From assembly GCA_963674595.2 (NCBI GenBank), contig CAXXFV010000027.1, positions 96,001 through 160,000 of the forward strand: 64,000 bases of DNA, written 5' to 3'. The DNA comes from a bacterium (GTDB taxonomy: Bacteria; Zhuqueibacterota; Zhuqueibacteria; Residuimicrobiales; Krinioviventaceae). Of the stretch, positions 20,130-31,107 are shown in pieces. Position numbers and translations under genes: made by a program. The number at the start of each line of letters is the position of its first letter. The stretch's first letter is position 1. The notes beneath the pieces were generated by a model. The model was given only the letters and a program-made list of their open reading frames with translations, had not been told where the DNA came from and ran no database searches.

Positions 20130-23003
20130 ATGAACAACTTAATTTCCATTGTACAAAAACAACTGATTCTCCTTTTTGTATTATTCCTGTTACTTCCTGT
20201 TCAAAATATGTTTGCACAAAAAAATCCACAGGACGACAAAATTATCTCTCTGGCCGGAGAGTGGAAAATAAAACTGGACAACAATAATAGCGGTATTCAG
20301 GAAAATTGGTATCTTGAAAATTTTACCGATGTTACAACTTTACCCGGTTCCTGTGTTGAAAATGGTTATGGTAATGATATTTCTTTAGACGCTCAATGGA
20401 CAGGTGATATCATAGATAAATCATGGTATACGGATGCCAAATATGAAAAATACAGAAAACCGGGCACTATCAAAATGCCCTTTTGGCTGAATCCTGTTAA
20501 ACGATATGTCGGACAGGTTTGGTATCAAAAATCGATTCATATTCCGGAAAATTGGCAGGGAAAACGGATCGTGCTTAGTCTTGAAAGATGCCATTGGGAA
20601 ACAAAATTGTGGATTGACGATCACTATGTGGATATGCAAAACAGTCTAAGTACACCGCACTATTTCGACCTGTCCGAATACATAACCAAAGCACATCACA
20701 AAATCACACTGTGTGTGGACAATCGTATAAAAATAAATATTGGCCAAAATTCTCACAGCATCTCCGATCACACACAAACCAACTGGAATGGTGTCATCGG
20801 TAAAATGCAGTTAATAGCGACTGACAAAGTATGGCTGGAAGATGTTCAAATATACCCCGATGTTAAGGGAAAACAAGCTAAAATAACTGTCCGGGTGGGA
20901 AATATAACCGGACATCCTGTAAACGTTCAACTGACTATTAAAGCCCGAACAACAGACACCAGTCCCTCCTCACACGTGGTTTCTGGAGAAACGGTTGACA
21001 TTAATGTTAAAAATAATTTACAAACAACGGATATAATATACTACTTTGGCGATGATGTAAAATTATGGGACGAACTAACTCCGAATCTTTATGATCTGAC
21101 TTTAACATTAAAAAGTGATAAGGCTTTTGATTCAAGGACCATTACATTTGGTATGAGAGACTTTTCCACGCAAGGTACCCAGTTTATTATTAATGGCAGG
21201 AAAACCTTTTTACGCGGGACATTGGAGTGTTGTATTTTTCCACTGACAGGTTATCCTCCTACTGATGTCGAATCATGGATTAACGTTTTAAAAACCGCAA
21301 AAGCCCATGGTTTAAACCACATTCGCTTTCATTCATGGTGCCCGCCGGATGCGGCATTTACAGCAGCCGATCAGCTTGGATTTTTCTATCAAATCGAATG
21401 CGGCGTATGGGCCAACCAGGGAACATCCATAGGAGATGGTCTGGAGGTTGATCGTTTTATCAGAGATGAAAGCGACCGGATTTTAAAAGAATTTGGCAAT
21501 CATCCCTCCTTTTGTTTAATGGCCTATGGGAACGAACCGGCCGGAGAAAATCAAAAAGAGTATTTGGGGGAATTGGTCACCTATTGGAAAAACAAAGATC
21601 CGCGTCATTTGTATACGGGAGCTGCTGCCTGGCCGTTAATTGATGAAAACCAATATCATAACATTCCTGAGCCGAGGATTCAGGCATGGGGCGCCGGATT
21701 AACCAGCAGAGTTAATTCTTCTGCGCATGAAACAGAAACGAATTACAGCGATATTATTGAAAAACACTCCATTCCCGTTATCAGTCATGAAATTGGTCAA
21801 TGGTGTGTCTATCCGGATTTTAGTGAAATTGATCGGTACACCGGCGTATTACGTGCCTATAATTTTGAAATTGCCCGTGACGGCTTGCAAGAAAACGGCA
21901 TGCTGCACCAGGCTGAGGATTTTCTAATGGCTTCCGGTAAACTTCAGGCGCTTTTATACAAAGAGGAAATAGAATCGGCCCTGCGAACGCCGAATTTCGG
22001 TGGATTTCAACTGCTGGATTTACATGACTTTCCCGGTCAGGGCACGGCATTGGTGGGTGTTCTCAACGCATTTTGGGGCGAAAAGGGATATATTACACCT
22101 GAACAATTTCGACAGTTTTGCAGCACAACCGTACCACTTGTAATTTGTGAAAAATTTACATGGACGAATGATGAAAATTTTAAGGCAATTGCCAAAATCG
22201 CCCATTTTGGCGCTCAATCCATATTCAATGCAAAACCAATATGGAGTGTATACAAAGGTAAAGAGCTTGTTTTGTCCGGTGAATTTGAAAAACAGAATAT
22301 TCCAATCGGAAATGAACATGCTCTGGGTGACATCTCTTTCCCTCTCGGTCAGTTGTCGGCACCGTCCAGGTATACACTCTTAATTTCACTGGAAAATACA
22401 ACTATTGAAAATTCATGGGATTTTTGGGTATACCCAAAAACACGTGCACCTATTGATAAAAAAGATATTTACATTTCTCACACTCCTGATAATTTGACAA
22501 AAAACGCCCTGGAAGCCGGAAAAACCGTACTATTATTAATTAATCCGGATAACGTTGCCGGAGATGTGCCTCAAGGGTTTTCTTCAATATTTTGGAATAC
22601 AGCCTGGACAAACAAACAAGCACCACATACATTGGGTATCCTCTGCGATCCCTCACATCCCATATTTGCTGAATTTCCGACCGATTTTCATAGTAACTGG
22701 CAATGGTGGGACATAAATGTTCACTCAAAAAGTATGATTTTATCTCAACTGCCTCATGAATTAACACCTATTATCCAGGTCATTGATGACTGGAACACAA
22801 ACAGAAAACTCGGTCTTTTGTTTGAAGCTCGGATTGGCAAAGGCAAAATTCTAGTTTGTTCAATTGATTTTAACGATAATATCAAAAACAGGCCCGTATC
22901 AAAACAGCTTGAGTATAGTCTATTCAACTATATAAACAGTCCGCAATTTCAACCGAAAACAAATATCTCTTTTGATAAGTTAAAATCATTAATAAAAAGT
23001 TGA
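20130..23003 (+). CDS. Glycoside hydrolase family 2
   Basis: ISLAGEW, WNGVIG, FGMRDF, GLNHIRFHSWCPP, NHPS..GNEP (acid/base), SHEIGQ (nucleophile); AGGAG RBS before 20130; signal peptide. Confidence 0.9.
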   Translation: MNNLISIVQKQLILLFVLFLLLPVQNMFAQKNPQDDKIISLAGEWKIKLDNNNSGIQENWYLENFTDVTTLPGSCVENGYGNDISLDAQWTGDIIDKSWYTDAKYEKYRKPGTIKMPFWLNPVKRYVGQVWYQKSIHIPENWQGKRIVLSLERCHWETKLWIDDHYVDMQNSLSTPHYFDLSEYITKAHHKITLCVDNRIKINIGQNSHSISDHTQTNWNGVIGKMQLIATDKVWLEDVQIYPDVKGKQAKITVRVGNITGHPVNVQLTIKARTTDTSPSSHVVSGETVDINVKNNLQTTDIIYYFGDDVKLWDELTPNLYDLTLTLKSDKAFDSRTITFGMRDFSTQGTQFIINGRKTFLRGTLECCIFPLTGYPPTDVESWINVLKTAKAHGLNHIRFHSWCPPDAAFTAADQLGFFYQIECGVWANQGTSIGDGLEVDRFIRDESDRILKEFGNHPSFCLMAYGNEPAGENQKEYLGELVTYWKNKDPRHLYTGAAAWPLIDENQYHNIPEPRIQAWGAGLTSRVNSSAHETETNYSDIIEKHSIPVISHEIGQWCVYPDFSEIDRYTGVLRAYNFEIARDGLQENGMLHQAEDFLMASGKLQALLYKEEIESALRTPNFGGFQLLDLHDFPGQGTALVGVLNAFWGEKGYITPEQFRQFCSTTVPLVICEKFTWTNDENFKAIAKIAHFGAQSIFNAKPIWSVYKGKELVLSGEFEKQNIPIGNEHALGDISFPLGQLSAPSRYTLLISLENTTIENSWDFWVYPKTRAPIDKKDIYISHTPDNLTKNALEAGKTVLLLINPDNVAGDVPQGFSSIFWNTAWTNKQAPHTLGILCDPSHPIFAEFPTDFHSNWQWWDINVHSKSMILSQLPHELTPIIQVIDDWNTNRKLGLLFEARIGKGKILVCSIDFNDNIKNRPVSKQLEYSLFNYINSPQFQPKTNISFDKLKSLIKS

Positions 23004-23124
23004 TCTGTTTTTATAATTATATTACTGTAATCTCCTGATTTTTAAAAAATAAAAACACTTGATTCCTGATAATAGAATTTTTATACTTTTCAAATTATTA
23101 AAATAAAAAAAGAAAAATAGATAT

Positions 23125-23862
23125 ATGCGAGCAATGATCCTTGCGGCTGGTTTTGGTACCCGGCTTGTACCTTTAACAGACTCGGTACCAAAAGCACTTG
23201 TGCAAATTAAAAATAAAACTTTACTGGAAATTCTGGTTGGCCGGCTTGAAAAAGCCGGTTTTTCAGAAATTGTGATAAACGGCCACTATTTATCCCAGCA
23301 AATTGAGGATTATGTCCGATTTTTACAGGAAAGATATGAGTGCAAAATTTCCTATTCTCACGAAAAAGAAATTTTGGATACTGGCGGGGGTATAAAAAAG
23401 ATGCTTGAATATTTTAAAGGTCCGAAACCGATTCTGGTCCATAATGTGGATGTATTAACCGACCTGGATTATAAAAGAATGATTGATTATCATATCGAAA
23501 ATAAATGCCGGGCAACTCTTGCTGTTAAATCGATAACATCTGATAGAAATTTGTGGTTTGATAAATCTATGCATCTATGCGGGAAAAGAGAACCGGGGCA
23601 GTTTCAGGATTTATCCTGCGAACCGGATGGAAAAATAACGCCCTACGAATTTTGTGGAATTCAGGTCATTTCACCCGATCTGTTTAAAGAAAATGATTCA
23701 ATAAAATTTTCCAGCATAACTCTTTATCTGCATCAAGCCAGACAAGGTCAAATCATAAAGGGGTTTCCTATTGATGAATATTATTGGCGGGACGTCGGTA
23801 CCCACTCGGATTTACAACAAGCGGAAACCGACGTTAACGATGGTATATATTTTGTAAATTAA
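23125..23862 (+). CDS. Sugar-phosphate nucleotidyltransferase (MurU-like)
   Basis: MRAMILAAGFGTRLVPLTDSVPKAL; LDTGGG; HNVD; WRDVGT. Confidence 0.88.
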   Translation: MRAMILAAGFGTRLVPLTDSVPKALVQIKNKTLLEILVGRLEKAGFSEIVINGHYLSQQIEDYVRFLQERYECKISYSHEKEILDTGGGIKKMLEYFKGPKPILVHNVDVLTDLDYKRMIDYHIENKCRATLAVKSITSDRNLWFDKSMHLCGKREPGQFQDLSCEPDGKITPYEFCGIQVISPDLFKENDSIKFSSITLYLHQARQGQIIKGFPIDEYYWRDVGTHSDLQQAETDVNDGIYFVN

Positions 23863-23875
23863 ATGTTCGAAACTA

Positions 23876-25873
23876 TTATGCTTTAAAAACCGGTTTTCCG
23901 TCCATTTCAGCCGGCACATCCAATCCAAATGAGTTTATAATAGACGGGGCCAGGTCCCAGATTGCCGGTTTTGGCGCACCGACTTCTTTATTGGTAATTA
24001 ACGTACCAGGAACGATAGACCAATCCATACAATGATCTGCAGACCATTTATCTATCCGGTCACCCACAACTTCTTTCGGAAACTTGCCGAGAACCGCTTC
24101 ATCTGAAATTCTGTATCCACTTGCATAACCGACAATGATATCCGGCGCAATATCCAAAAACGGGCCTGAATATATTTCATGCGAGTCATATGCTTTTATA
24201 ACCATTCTTTTCCCGGTTTTCGGATCTCGAACGTCTTCAAGTTTCTCAATAATCTCTTTTTTAATTTTGGTGGCTTCACGCGGCATAACAGAACCGTATG
24301 TATCTCTGCCGTATAAATTCAAATAAATCCCGTTGAGTCCCATTGCGTAGGCTTTGGTTTTGCTCCAGTCCACATAATCATAATAACTGCTGTCATACAG
24401 TTTATCTTTATCGGTAGCTGCCATAAAATCATTTTCAGCAAGCCATGTACTCAGGTGAAATTCACGACCAAAAGGCGCAAAACCATGATCTGACATAATC
24501 ATCAGGGTGCTTGAGCTGTCCATTTTTGCCAAGGTTTGTTTGGCAATATCATCCATTTGTTTATAAAAATAATAAACAGCGTCTTTGGCTTCCTTGCTGG
24601 CATCCGGTTCATACAGCGGATGTGACGGGTCCATATCTCTCCACATCATATGCGTATTTTGATCTATACTGGAAAAATAGAAAAAGAAAAATCCTTCATT
24701 AAACTGATTAAATTCATACTCAAAAGCATTTCGTCGCTCTTCCAAAACAAGTTTGGATTGTTTTAAAAATTCTTCGTTGCTGAATATACCGTGAGATAAT
24801 GCTTTGGTATCTTCCGGGAATCCCTGGGTGTAAAACCGTCCGATGGCCTGGGACAATTCTTTGGAATAGGAAGAGTTTCCAGAAATAGGCAATGTCGGGT
24901 CCATTGGATCAATATTAATAGGTGACATGTAAACCTGTAAATAGGGATGGACCTGTTTTACATAAATACGCACCATACCGCTCACACCGGCAAACATGGG
25001 CAAAAGTTCAAATTTTAATGGAACCCATTCCGACCACTCTCCCTGACGCAGCAGAATTTCATGATCCTGAATGGATATTTTTACCGTTTTGTCCCATGGA
25101 TCACGAAATATCGTAAAATCAACAGTCGTATTGCTATTGTCATTACGGAAAGAGTTTATCGGTCCTTCCAGTTTGCTTTTAAAAGTATGGTTCTCTGAAG
25201 ATAGTTTAACGACTCGTCCTCCTGAAAATTTTTCCGCATCGGGAACATCTGTTTGTGAAAAAAACGTAAATGTTCCATAGGAACCGAGTAAATCCGGCGT
25301 ACCCATACCGCTTATCATATTTGCCTTGTGATCAACAACCGGGAAATTAGCCGGAAGTTTAAATAATGAGGCCGGAATGTTGTTGTTTTCCAAAACATTC
25401 CAAAAAGCGGGTCCGCGACGCAATAATTCAACTTTACCACCTTTGAGTGGAATGGACCACTTTCCCATATTTAAACTTTTATCAGAACCGAAACTACGTG
25501 AAGTCGATAAATAAGGTGTAAATGTGGAAACGTCCCGATGGATAAAATCATAAATACCATGACCGCCGGGATTAGTGCCACTGATAAAACTTGACCATGC
25601 TACCGGACTTTGCGGCGGCATAGTTGTTTGTAATGGTCCGAAATATCCTTTTTCAAACAGCTTTTTAAAAGTCGGCATCTCTCCTTTTTGAACAAATTTT
25701 CTCAGCAAAACAGGGTCCATACCGTCTATACCAAGCACGATCACTTTGTTTGCTATTTTTGAATTTTTAATATGCGGTGCGGCGGTTAAATATTGTGATA
25801 CAGGAGACGCAGCAGTCAGAAAAGCTGCTCCCTGCAATGATCTTTTTAAAAATTGTCTTCTGTTATAATCCAT
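23876..25873 (-). CDS. Tat-exported alkaline-phosphatase-superfamily (type I phosphodiesterase/NPP) protein
   Basis: NRRQFLK Tat motif; GIDGMD; PPQSPVAWSS; SDHGF; WSADH. Confidence 0.88.
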   Translation of the reverse strand: MDYNRRQFLKRSLQGAAFLTAASPVSQYLTAAPHIKNSKIANKVIVLGIDGMDPVLLRKFVQKGEMPTFKKLFEKGYFGPLQTTMPPQSPVAWSSFISGTNPGGHGIYDFIHRDVSTFTPYLSTSRSFGSDKSLNMGKWSIPLKGGKVELLRRGPAFWNVLENNNIPASLFKLPANFPVVDHKANMISGMGTPDLLGSYGTFTFFSQTDVPDAEKFSGGRVVKLSSENHTFKSKLEGPINSFRNDNSNTTVDFTIFRDPWDKTVKISIQDHEILLRQGEWSEWVPLKFELLPMFAGVSGMVRIYVKQVHPYLQVYMSPINIDPMDPTLPISGNSSYSKELSQAIGRFYTQGFPEDTKALSHGIFSNEEFLKQSKLVLEERRNAFEYEFNQFNEGFFFFYFSSIDQNTHMMWRDMDPSHPLYEPDASKEAKDAVYYFYKQMDDIAKQTLAKMDSSSTLMIMSDHGFAPFGREFHLSTWLAENDFMAATDKDKLYDSSYYDYVDWSKTKAYAMGLNGIYLNLYGRDTYGSVMPREATKIKKEIIEKLEDVRDPKTGKRMVIKAYDSHEIYSGPFLDIAPDIIVGYASGYRISDEAVLGKFPKEVVGDRIDKWSADHCMDWSIVPGTLITNKEVGAPKPAIWDLAPSIINSFGLDVPAEMDGKPVFKA

Positions 25874-26015
25874 AATTTATTATTCCGTGTTCGTCAGTAT
25901 TATATATTGATGAAAATATTAACATATCAGTTAAACGGGTTATTCCCGTCTGCATAAGGTTATTAATTTAAAAAATTTCTACGTATAAGGCAATTATTTA
26001 GTTTTTAATAAAATA

Positions 26016-26921
26016 TTAAAAAAAGGCATTGTATAAATAGCCAAGAATAACTGCACCGGAAAGTGTAATTATTAAATAAATTAACAACAATTTTGTTCCA
26101 AGAGTTTGTCTAAAAACAAACAATGTTGACAGTTTTGTCGCCGGGCCGGCAATAAAAAAGGCCAATATAGCCCCGGAAGCCATCCCCATATCAGCAAGAA
26201 CATGCATTACCGGTATGGACGCCCCACCACATGAATAAAACGGCACCCCAAGTCCCACACCTATTAAGACGGAAAAACTCTTGTTCATTCCCACAGTTTT
26301 CACAATCCAGTCAGCAGGAACCAGTACCCGTACCATTGAACTGATAAAAAGGGCAATTAAAAAATATGGAGTGATATATTTGATATGCGCCAAAACTTCA
26401 TTTATAAAGGTTCGTTTTGTCTTAAAAACAACTTTTCCATCGTCAATAATAACATTGGTTAAAGATATTTTCTCATGTAATACTTTAATTAAATATCCAC
26501 CTGTTACGCCTAAAAGCCAGGCGCTGGTTGTTCTTGCCAAAGCGAGCGGCCATCCGAGGACACCGGCTGTTAAAATAATCAAGTTGGGATTGATTAACGG
26601 AGAGGCAATTACAAATGCGATAACTGTCGGCAGGGAAAATCCTCTTTTAATCAACACGGCGCCGATGGGTAAGACAACATAAGTACCAAGTGGTGATAAA
26701 ATTCCTAAAAAAGCGCTGATACAGAGCGATAAAAAATTATTCTTTTTAAATAATTGAATTTTATCAATATGATAAAAGAATCTTGTTAAAAAAGCAGCTA
26801 AAAATATCCCTATCACAAAATATGGAAGCACCAGAAGAAAAAGCTCCCAAAAAGTAACAAAAATTTTCCAGGTAAAGGTTCGTTGAAAAGTGTAATAAAA
26901 ATGCCAAAACCAGTCGGGCAT
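26016..26921 (-). CDS. DUF318/ArsP-family permease
   Basis: ASPLINP; GVPFYSCGG; FFIAGPAT; ATG at 26921 just after the glgB stop. Confidence 0.8.
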   Translation of the reverse strand: MPDWFWHFYYTFQRTFTWKIFVTFWELFLLVLPYFVIGIFLAAFLTRFFYHIDKIQLFKKNNFLSLCISAFLGILSPLGTYVVLPIGAVLIKRGFSLPTVIAFVIASPLINPNLIILTAGVLGWPLALARTTSAWLLGVTGGYLIKVLHEKISLTNVIIDDGKVVFKTKRTFINEVLAHIKYITPYFLIALFISSMVRVLVPADWIVKTVGMNKSFSVLIGVGLGVPFYSCGGASIPVMHVLADMGMASGAILAFFIAGPATKLSTLFVFRQTLGTKLLLIYLIITLSGAVILGYLYNAFF

Positions 26922-26922
26922 G

Positions 26923-29175
26923 TTAATTTGTAACCTTTTCTTGTAAATTATCAGGTTCAAATACAGGGCGAAATACAACTGTTGCCAAAGGCGGAACGAT
27001 TATATTTATAGAATGGGGTAAATAGTGCCATTCTTTATTCTCACTTGCCAGGCCGCCGCTATTGCCCTTGTTACTTCCACCGTATATTTCCGCATCCGTA
27101 TTTAAAATTTCCTTATAAAAAGCTTTATAGGGAACACCAACACGATAGTTTTCTCTGTAAACAGGTGTAAAATTGCAGACAAATATCAAAATATCATGAG
27201 GATCGTTTGATTTGCGAATAAAGGAAATAATACTGTTCTCGGAATCCTGAAAATCGATCCATTGAAATCCCTTTGAATGCACATCGTTTTCATACAAGGC
27301 CGGTTCCTGCTTATATAGTTTGTTCAAATCAGAAACCAACAGTTGCAAATTTTTATGCGAATCATATTCCACCAAATGCCAGTCAATACTTTTAGCTTCG
27401 TCCCATTCATCCCATTGCCCAAATTCACTGCCCATAAATAACAATTTTTTACCGGGATGACCATACATAAACGCATACAATGTGCGTAAATTAGCAAACT
27501 TTTGCCATATATCTCCGGGCATTTTGTCCAACATGGCCCTTTTACCATGTACCACCTCATCATGGCTGAGAACCAGCGTAAAATTTTCATGAAAAGCATA
27601 TAATAGCGCAAAGGTAATCATGTTGTGATGAAATTTACGATGCACAGGGTCTTTGGAAAAATAGGTCAGAAAATCATGCATCCAGCCCATATTCCATTTT
27701 AAATTAAATCCCAAACCATTTGCATAAGTCGGCTTGGAAACGCCCGGCCAGGCAGTAGATTCTTCGGCAACCATTAAAGCACCGGGAAAATAACTAAAAA
27801 TCAGCTCATTCAATCTTTTTATAAAGTCAATTGCTTCCAGATTTTCACGTCCGCCAAATTTATTGGGCAGCCATTCACCCTGTTCACGGGAATAATCAAG
27901 ATAAAGCATGGAAGCAACGGCATCAACCCGCAATCCGTCAATATGATATTTATCAAACCAGAAAAGAGCATTGGCAATAAGAAAATTTCTGACTTCATTT
28001 CTCCCATAATTAAATATCAATGTGCCCCAGTCCATATGCTCCCCAAGACGGGGATCCGAGTGTTCGTATAAATGACTTCCGTCAAAATAGGCCAATCCAT
28101 GATCATCTTTGGGGAAATGGGCCGGTACCCAGTCCAATATTACGCCAATATCGTTTTTATGACAATGATCAACAAAATATTGAAAATCGGCCGGTGTACC
28201 AAATCGAGATGTCGGCGCAAAATAACCGGTCACCTGATATCCCCATGACGCATCCAGCGGATGTTCGGCTACAGGAAGCAGTTCAACATGGGTAAAATTC
28301 ATATATTTTACATATTCTACAAGATCGTGTGCGAGCTCTCTATAGTTTAAAAACCCGTCTTCATTCTCGTATTTTTTCTTCCATGAGCCCAAATGAACTT
28401 CGTATATAGAAATCGGTTCCTGCAACGTATCCGCATGTCGTCGTTTTTCAAGCCATACCGTATCATTCCATTCATATGAATTTATATCAGCAACAACAGA
28501 TGCTGTTTTCGGACGTTTTTCATACTGAAATCCATAAGGATCAGTTTTGATAAAAAACTTTCCATTCCTGTCTTTAATTTCATATTTATAAGTCTCGCCA
28601 AGACCAATTCCGGGAATGAATAATTCCCATATACCGGATGACCCTAAAACCCGCATTTGGTGTTTACCACCGTGCCATTGATTAAAGTCACCAAGCACAC
28701 TAACATTTCTTGCATTTGGCGCCCATACGGCAAAATAAACCCCTTCAACACCGTCAACGGTACGAACATGTGCTCCAAGCTTTTCATAAATTTTGTGATG
28801 GTCGCCTGCACCGAAAAGATATAAATCAGTATCATCAAGCTGGGGCAGAAAAAAATAAGGATCAAAAATATATCGTTCATGTCCATTATGTGCGATCACA
28901 CGAAAACGATAGTTTTTGAGTTTTTTCCATTCCGGAAGCTGGAGTTCAAAAAAATGTTCGTTAAAAACAGACGGCATTTTGGTTTCTTTTTTGGAATCCA
29001 GTTCTTCAAGGTACACCTGCTTTGCATCCGGCAGCCAGGTACGAATAACCCATACTTTTTTTCGTCCGACTTTAATTTGATGCGGGCCTAAAATTTGAAA
29101 GGGATCGTGATATAGGTTTTGAGCAATTTGCTCAACTTGATCTATCGAAATACTTGGTTCAGGGTTTGTTTTCAT
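26923..29175 (-). CDS. glgB: 1,4-alpha-glucan branching enzyme
   Basis: FAVWAPNA, IYEVHLGSW, SWGYQ, LDWVPAHFP, DGLRVDAVASMLY, AEESTAWP, SHDEVVHGK. Confidence 0.98.
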   Translation of the reverse strand: MKTNPEPSISIDQVEQIAQNLYHDPFQILGPHQIKVGRKKVWVIRTWLPDAKQVYLEELDSKKETKMPSVFNEHFFELQLPEWKKLKNYRFRVIAHNGHERYIFDPYFFLPQLDDTDLYLFGAGDHHKIYEKLGAHVRTVDGVEGVYFAVWAPNARNVSVLGDFNQWHGGKHQMRVLGSSGIWELFIPGIGLGETYKYEIKDRNGKFFIKTDPYGFQYEKRPKTASVVADINSYEWNDTVWLEKRRHADTLQEPISIYEVHLGSWKKKYENEDGFLNYRELAHDLVEYVKYMNFTHVELLPVAEHPLDASWGYQVTGYFAPTSRFGTPADFQYFVDHCHKNDIGVILDWVPAHFPKDDHGLAYFDGSHLYEHSDPRLGEHMDWGTLIFNYGRNEVRNFLIANALFWFDKYHIDGLRVDAVASMLYLDYSREQGEWLPNKFGGRENLEAIDFIKRLNELIFSYFPGALMVAEESTAWPGVSKPTYANGLGFNLKWNMGWMHDFLTYFSKDPVHRKFHHNMITFALLYAFHENFTLVLSHDEVVHGKRAMLDKMPGDIWQKFANLRTLYAFMYGHPGKKLLFMGSEFGQWDEWDEAKSIDWHLVEYDSHKNLQLLVSDLNKLYKQEPALYENDVHSKGFQWIDFQDSENSIISFIRKSNDPHDILIFVCNFTPVYRENYRVGVPYKAFYKEILNTDAEIYGGSNKGNSGGLASENKEWHYLPHSINIIVPPLATVVFRPVFEPDNLQEKVTN

Positions 29176-29203
29176 TTAAATACCATTTTATACAATTTTT
29201 TGT

Positions 29204-30176
29204 TTATTTTTTTGGAGATGCTACGACAAGAGCATGGTCTCCTTTCAGGAGTTTTAATTTAACAGCCAGTTTATCAAAATTTTTCAAACATTTTAAAAAA
29301 GCGTATTTTAAAAATCCGGGTAATTTTACATCACCGGCGATTGCTGCCCGATAGCCGATGCCTGTATGGTATGTTATTGATTTAAAATCGAATAAATTGT
29401 TTGCCGTTTCAATTATTGTGCTGGTGTGAATTTCTTCAAAAGGTGAACGGTCCGCCATTTCTTGGTGTATTTTTTGTGCACCTGAAAAGGCGTATTTTGC
29501 TTTTTTGCAATAACTCATAAATGTCGGTAAAATAAAGTATATGCCGCCGCCCAACATACGACCGGACCAGTTGCATTCCCACGTTATCTGAAAAAATAAA
29601 CAATCCATCTGGTTTCAGGGCTTTGTTTATTTGCTGCATAAAACGTTCTAGTAGTAAAATATGGTGCAGTCCGTCCCAGGCAATAACCATATCATAGCTG
29701 TTTTCATCTAATTCGATTTTGTTTAAATCAGCGACTGAATAGTTTAGACTGCCAAAATTATCTTTATATGGGTTTTCCTCTGCAAATTTTTTCGCAATAT
29801 CTATCGCGCCTTTACTAATATCAATACCGTGCACAAGGTGTCCGTTACGGGCCAGTTCCAGACAAAGTCCGCCTGGTCCGCATGTAGGCACTAAAATTCG
29901 ACTGGACGGATATTGGTTTACTGTATGAAAAACAAAGTCATACAGATCGCCATTCATAATACGTTCGGAAACAGGATCATAAATTTGCTGCTGGGGCAGG
30001 CCGTCTCCCCTGTCAACGTGAATTTTCTCAGCACGCCGCATGTCAGCAGAGAAAGGAATACCACTATCCACAGCTTGTTGTATTTCCTGTCCCCAATAAG
30101 CGCTCTCTTTTTCACAAGCCTGGAGATATTTTTCGCTGTTAATATCAAAAAGATTATTTTGTGTTTGATCTTTCAT
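29204..30176 (-). CDS. Class I SAM-dependent methyltransferase, +1 frameshift near 29572
   Basis: VPTCGPGG, GIDISKGA, ADLN, LHH, LKPDGLFIFSD; continues in the second ORF (WSGRMLGG...RSPFEE). Confidence 0.8.
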
Positions 30177-30177
30177 T

Positions 30178-30810
30178 CTAATCTTCCGATAGAAAAAATA
30201 CAACACCAATAGTAATATTTATATCTTCAGCATCAGTTTCAAATGTTTGGCCATCATTTTCAGTTTTAACAGCACCGGGAATTTTTTGATATTTGAAACT
30301 TATATCAATATGCGGCCCAAGACCTATATCAACAAGTGTTCCAGCTGTTATTGTGTAACCAAATTTGGTCGAACTTGCCCTTGTTCGAGATACAGCATAG
30401 CCTGTATAGTAATAAAGTTCAGGATTAGAATCAACTGTCCTGTAAATGTAAAGGCCACCCATGGGTGCTAAATATAATGTAAAACGTCCCTTTTTTTGAT
30501 TAATCTGTGGACCGGCTGTGAATTGAAAAGATTCGTTACGTGTCGTTAAAGTAGCACCATAATTATAGTCCGAATATCGTCTTTCTCCATAAGATATATA
30601 AACAATATCAAGACGCGGTTGTAATATATCCGTATTATAAAGTCGGTATAAAACTTTAACACCCAGACCTTCTCCAGTCTTTGAAATAGTTTTCAATTCA
30701 GATTGAGGAAAAGATACAACTGCATGAGGACCGACAGCCCATCGTCCATCCTGAGCCTGTACGAAAGAAAATAAAATAAAAACAAAAAACAGAGTCAAAA
30801 ACCTGGACAT
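30178..30810 (-). CDS. Outer-membrane beta-barrel protein
   Basis: Signal peptide; 8-strand OMP-like pattern; C-terminal NITIGVVFF. Confidence 0.7.
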   Translation of the reverse strand: MSRFLTLFFVFILFSFVQAQDGRWAVGPHAVVSFPQSELKTISKTGEGLGVKVLYRLYNTDILQPRLDIVYISYGERRYSDYNYGATLTTRNESFQFTAGPQINQKKGRFTLYLAPMGGLYIYRTVDSNPELYYYTGYAVSRTRASSTKFGYTITAGTLVDIGLGPHIDISFKYQKIPGAVKTENDGQTFETDAEDINITIGVVFFLSED

Positions 30811-31043
30811 TTGAATCTCCTATTCTTAAAAAATCCGGTTGTATTTTCTTAATTTTAAAATAATTGAATTAAAAAATCAATTTATTTAGTAATAACTATA
30901 TCAAGTTACTGAACTAAAAAATAAAAACCGATCATTTTAATTCTTTATTTCCAGATTTTGCAGTTAAGCATATATAATCAAATTAACAAAAAGAAAACAG
31001 TTCTCCAAGTATTAATCTATAACAATATAAATTTTAATAACAG

Positions 31044-31070
31044 AAAAGCCACCACAATAAATGTGGTGGC
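31044..31070 (-). terminator. Intrinsic terminator after the tricorn protease
   Basis: GCCACCACA/TGTGGTGGC stem with T run on the minus strand. Confidence 0.75.
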
Positions 31071-31107
31071 CCATTAATTTTAACACTTTTAACTAATAAA
31101 AATTGCG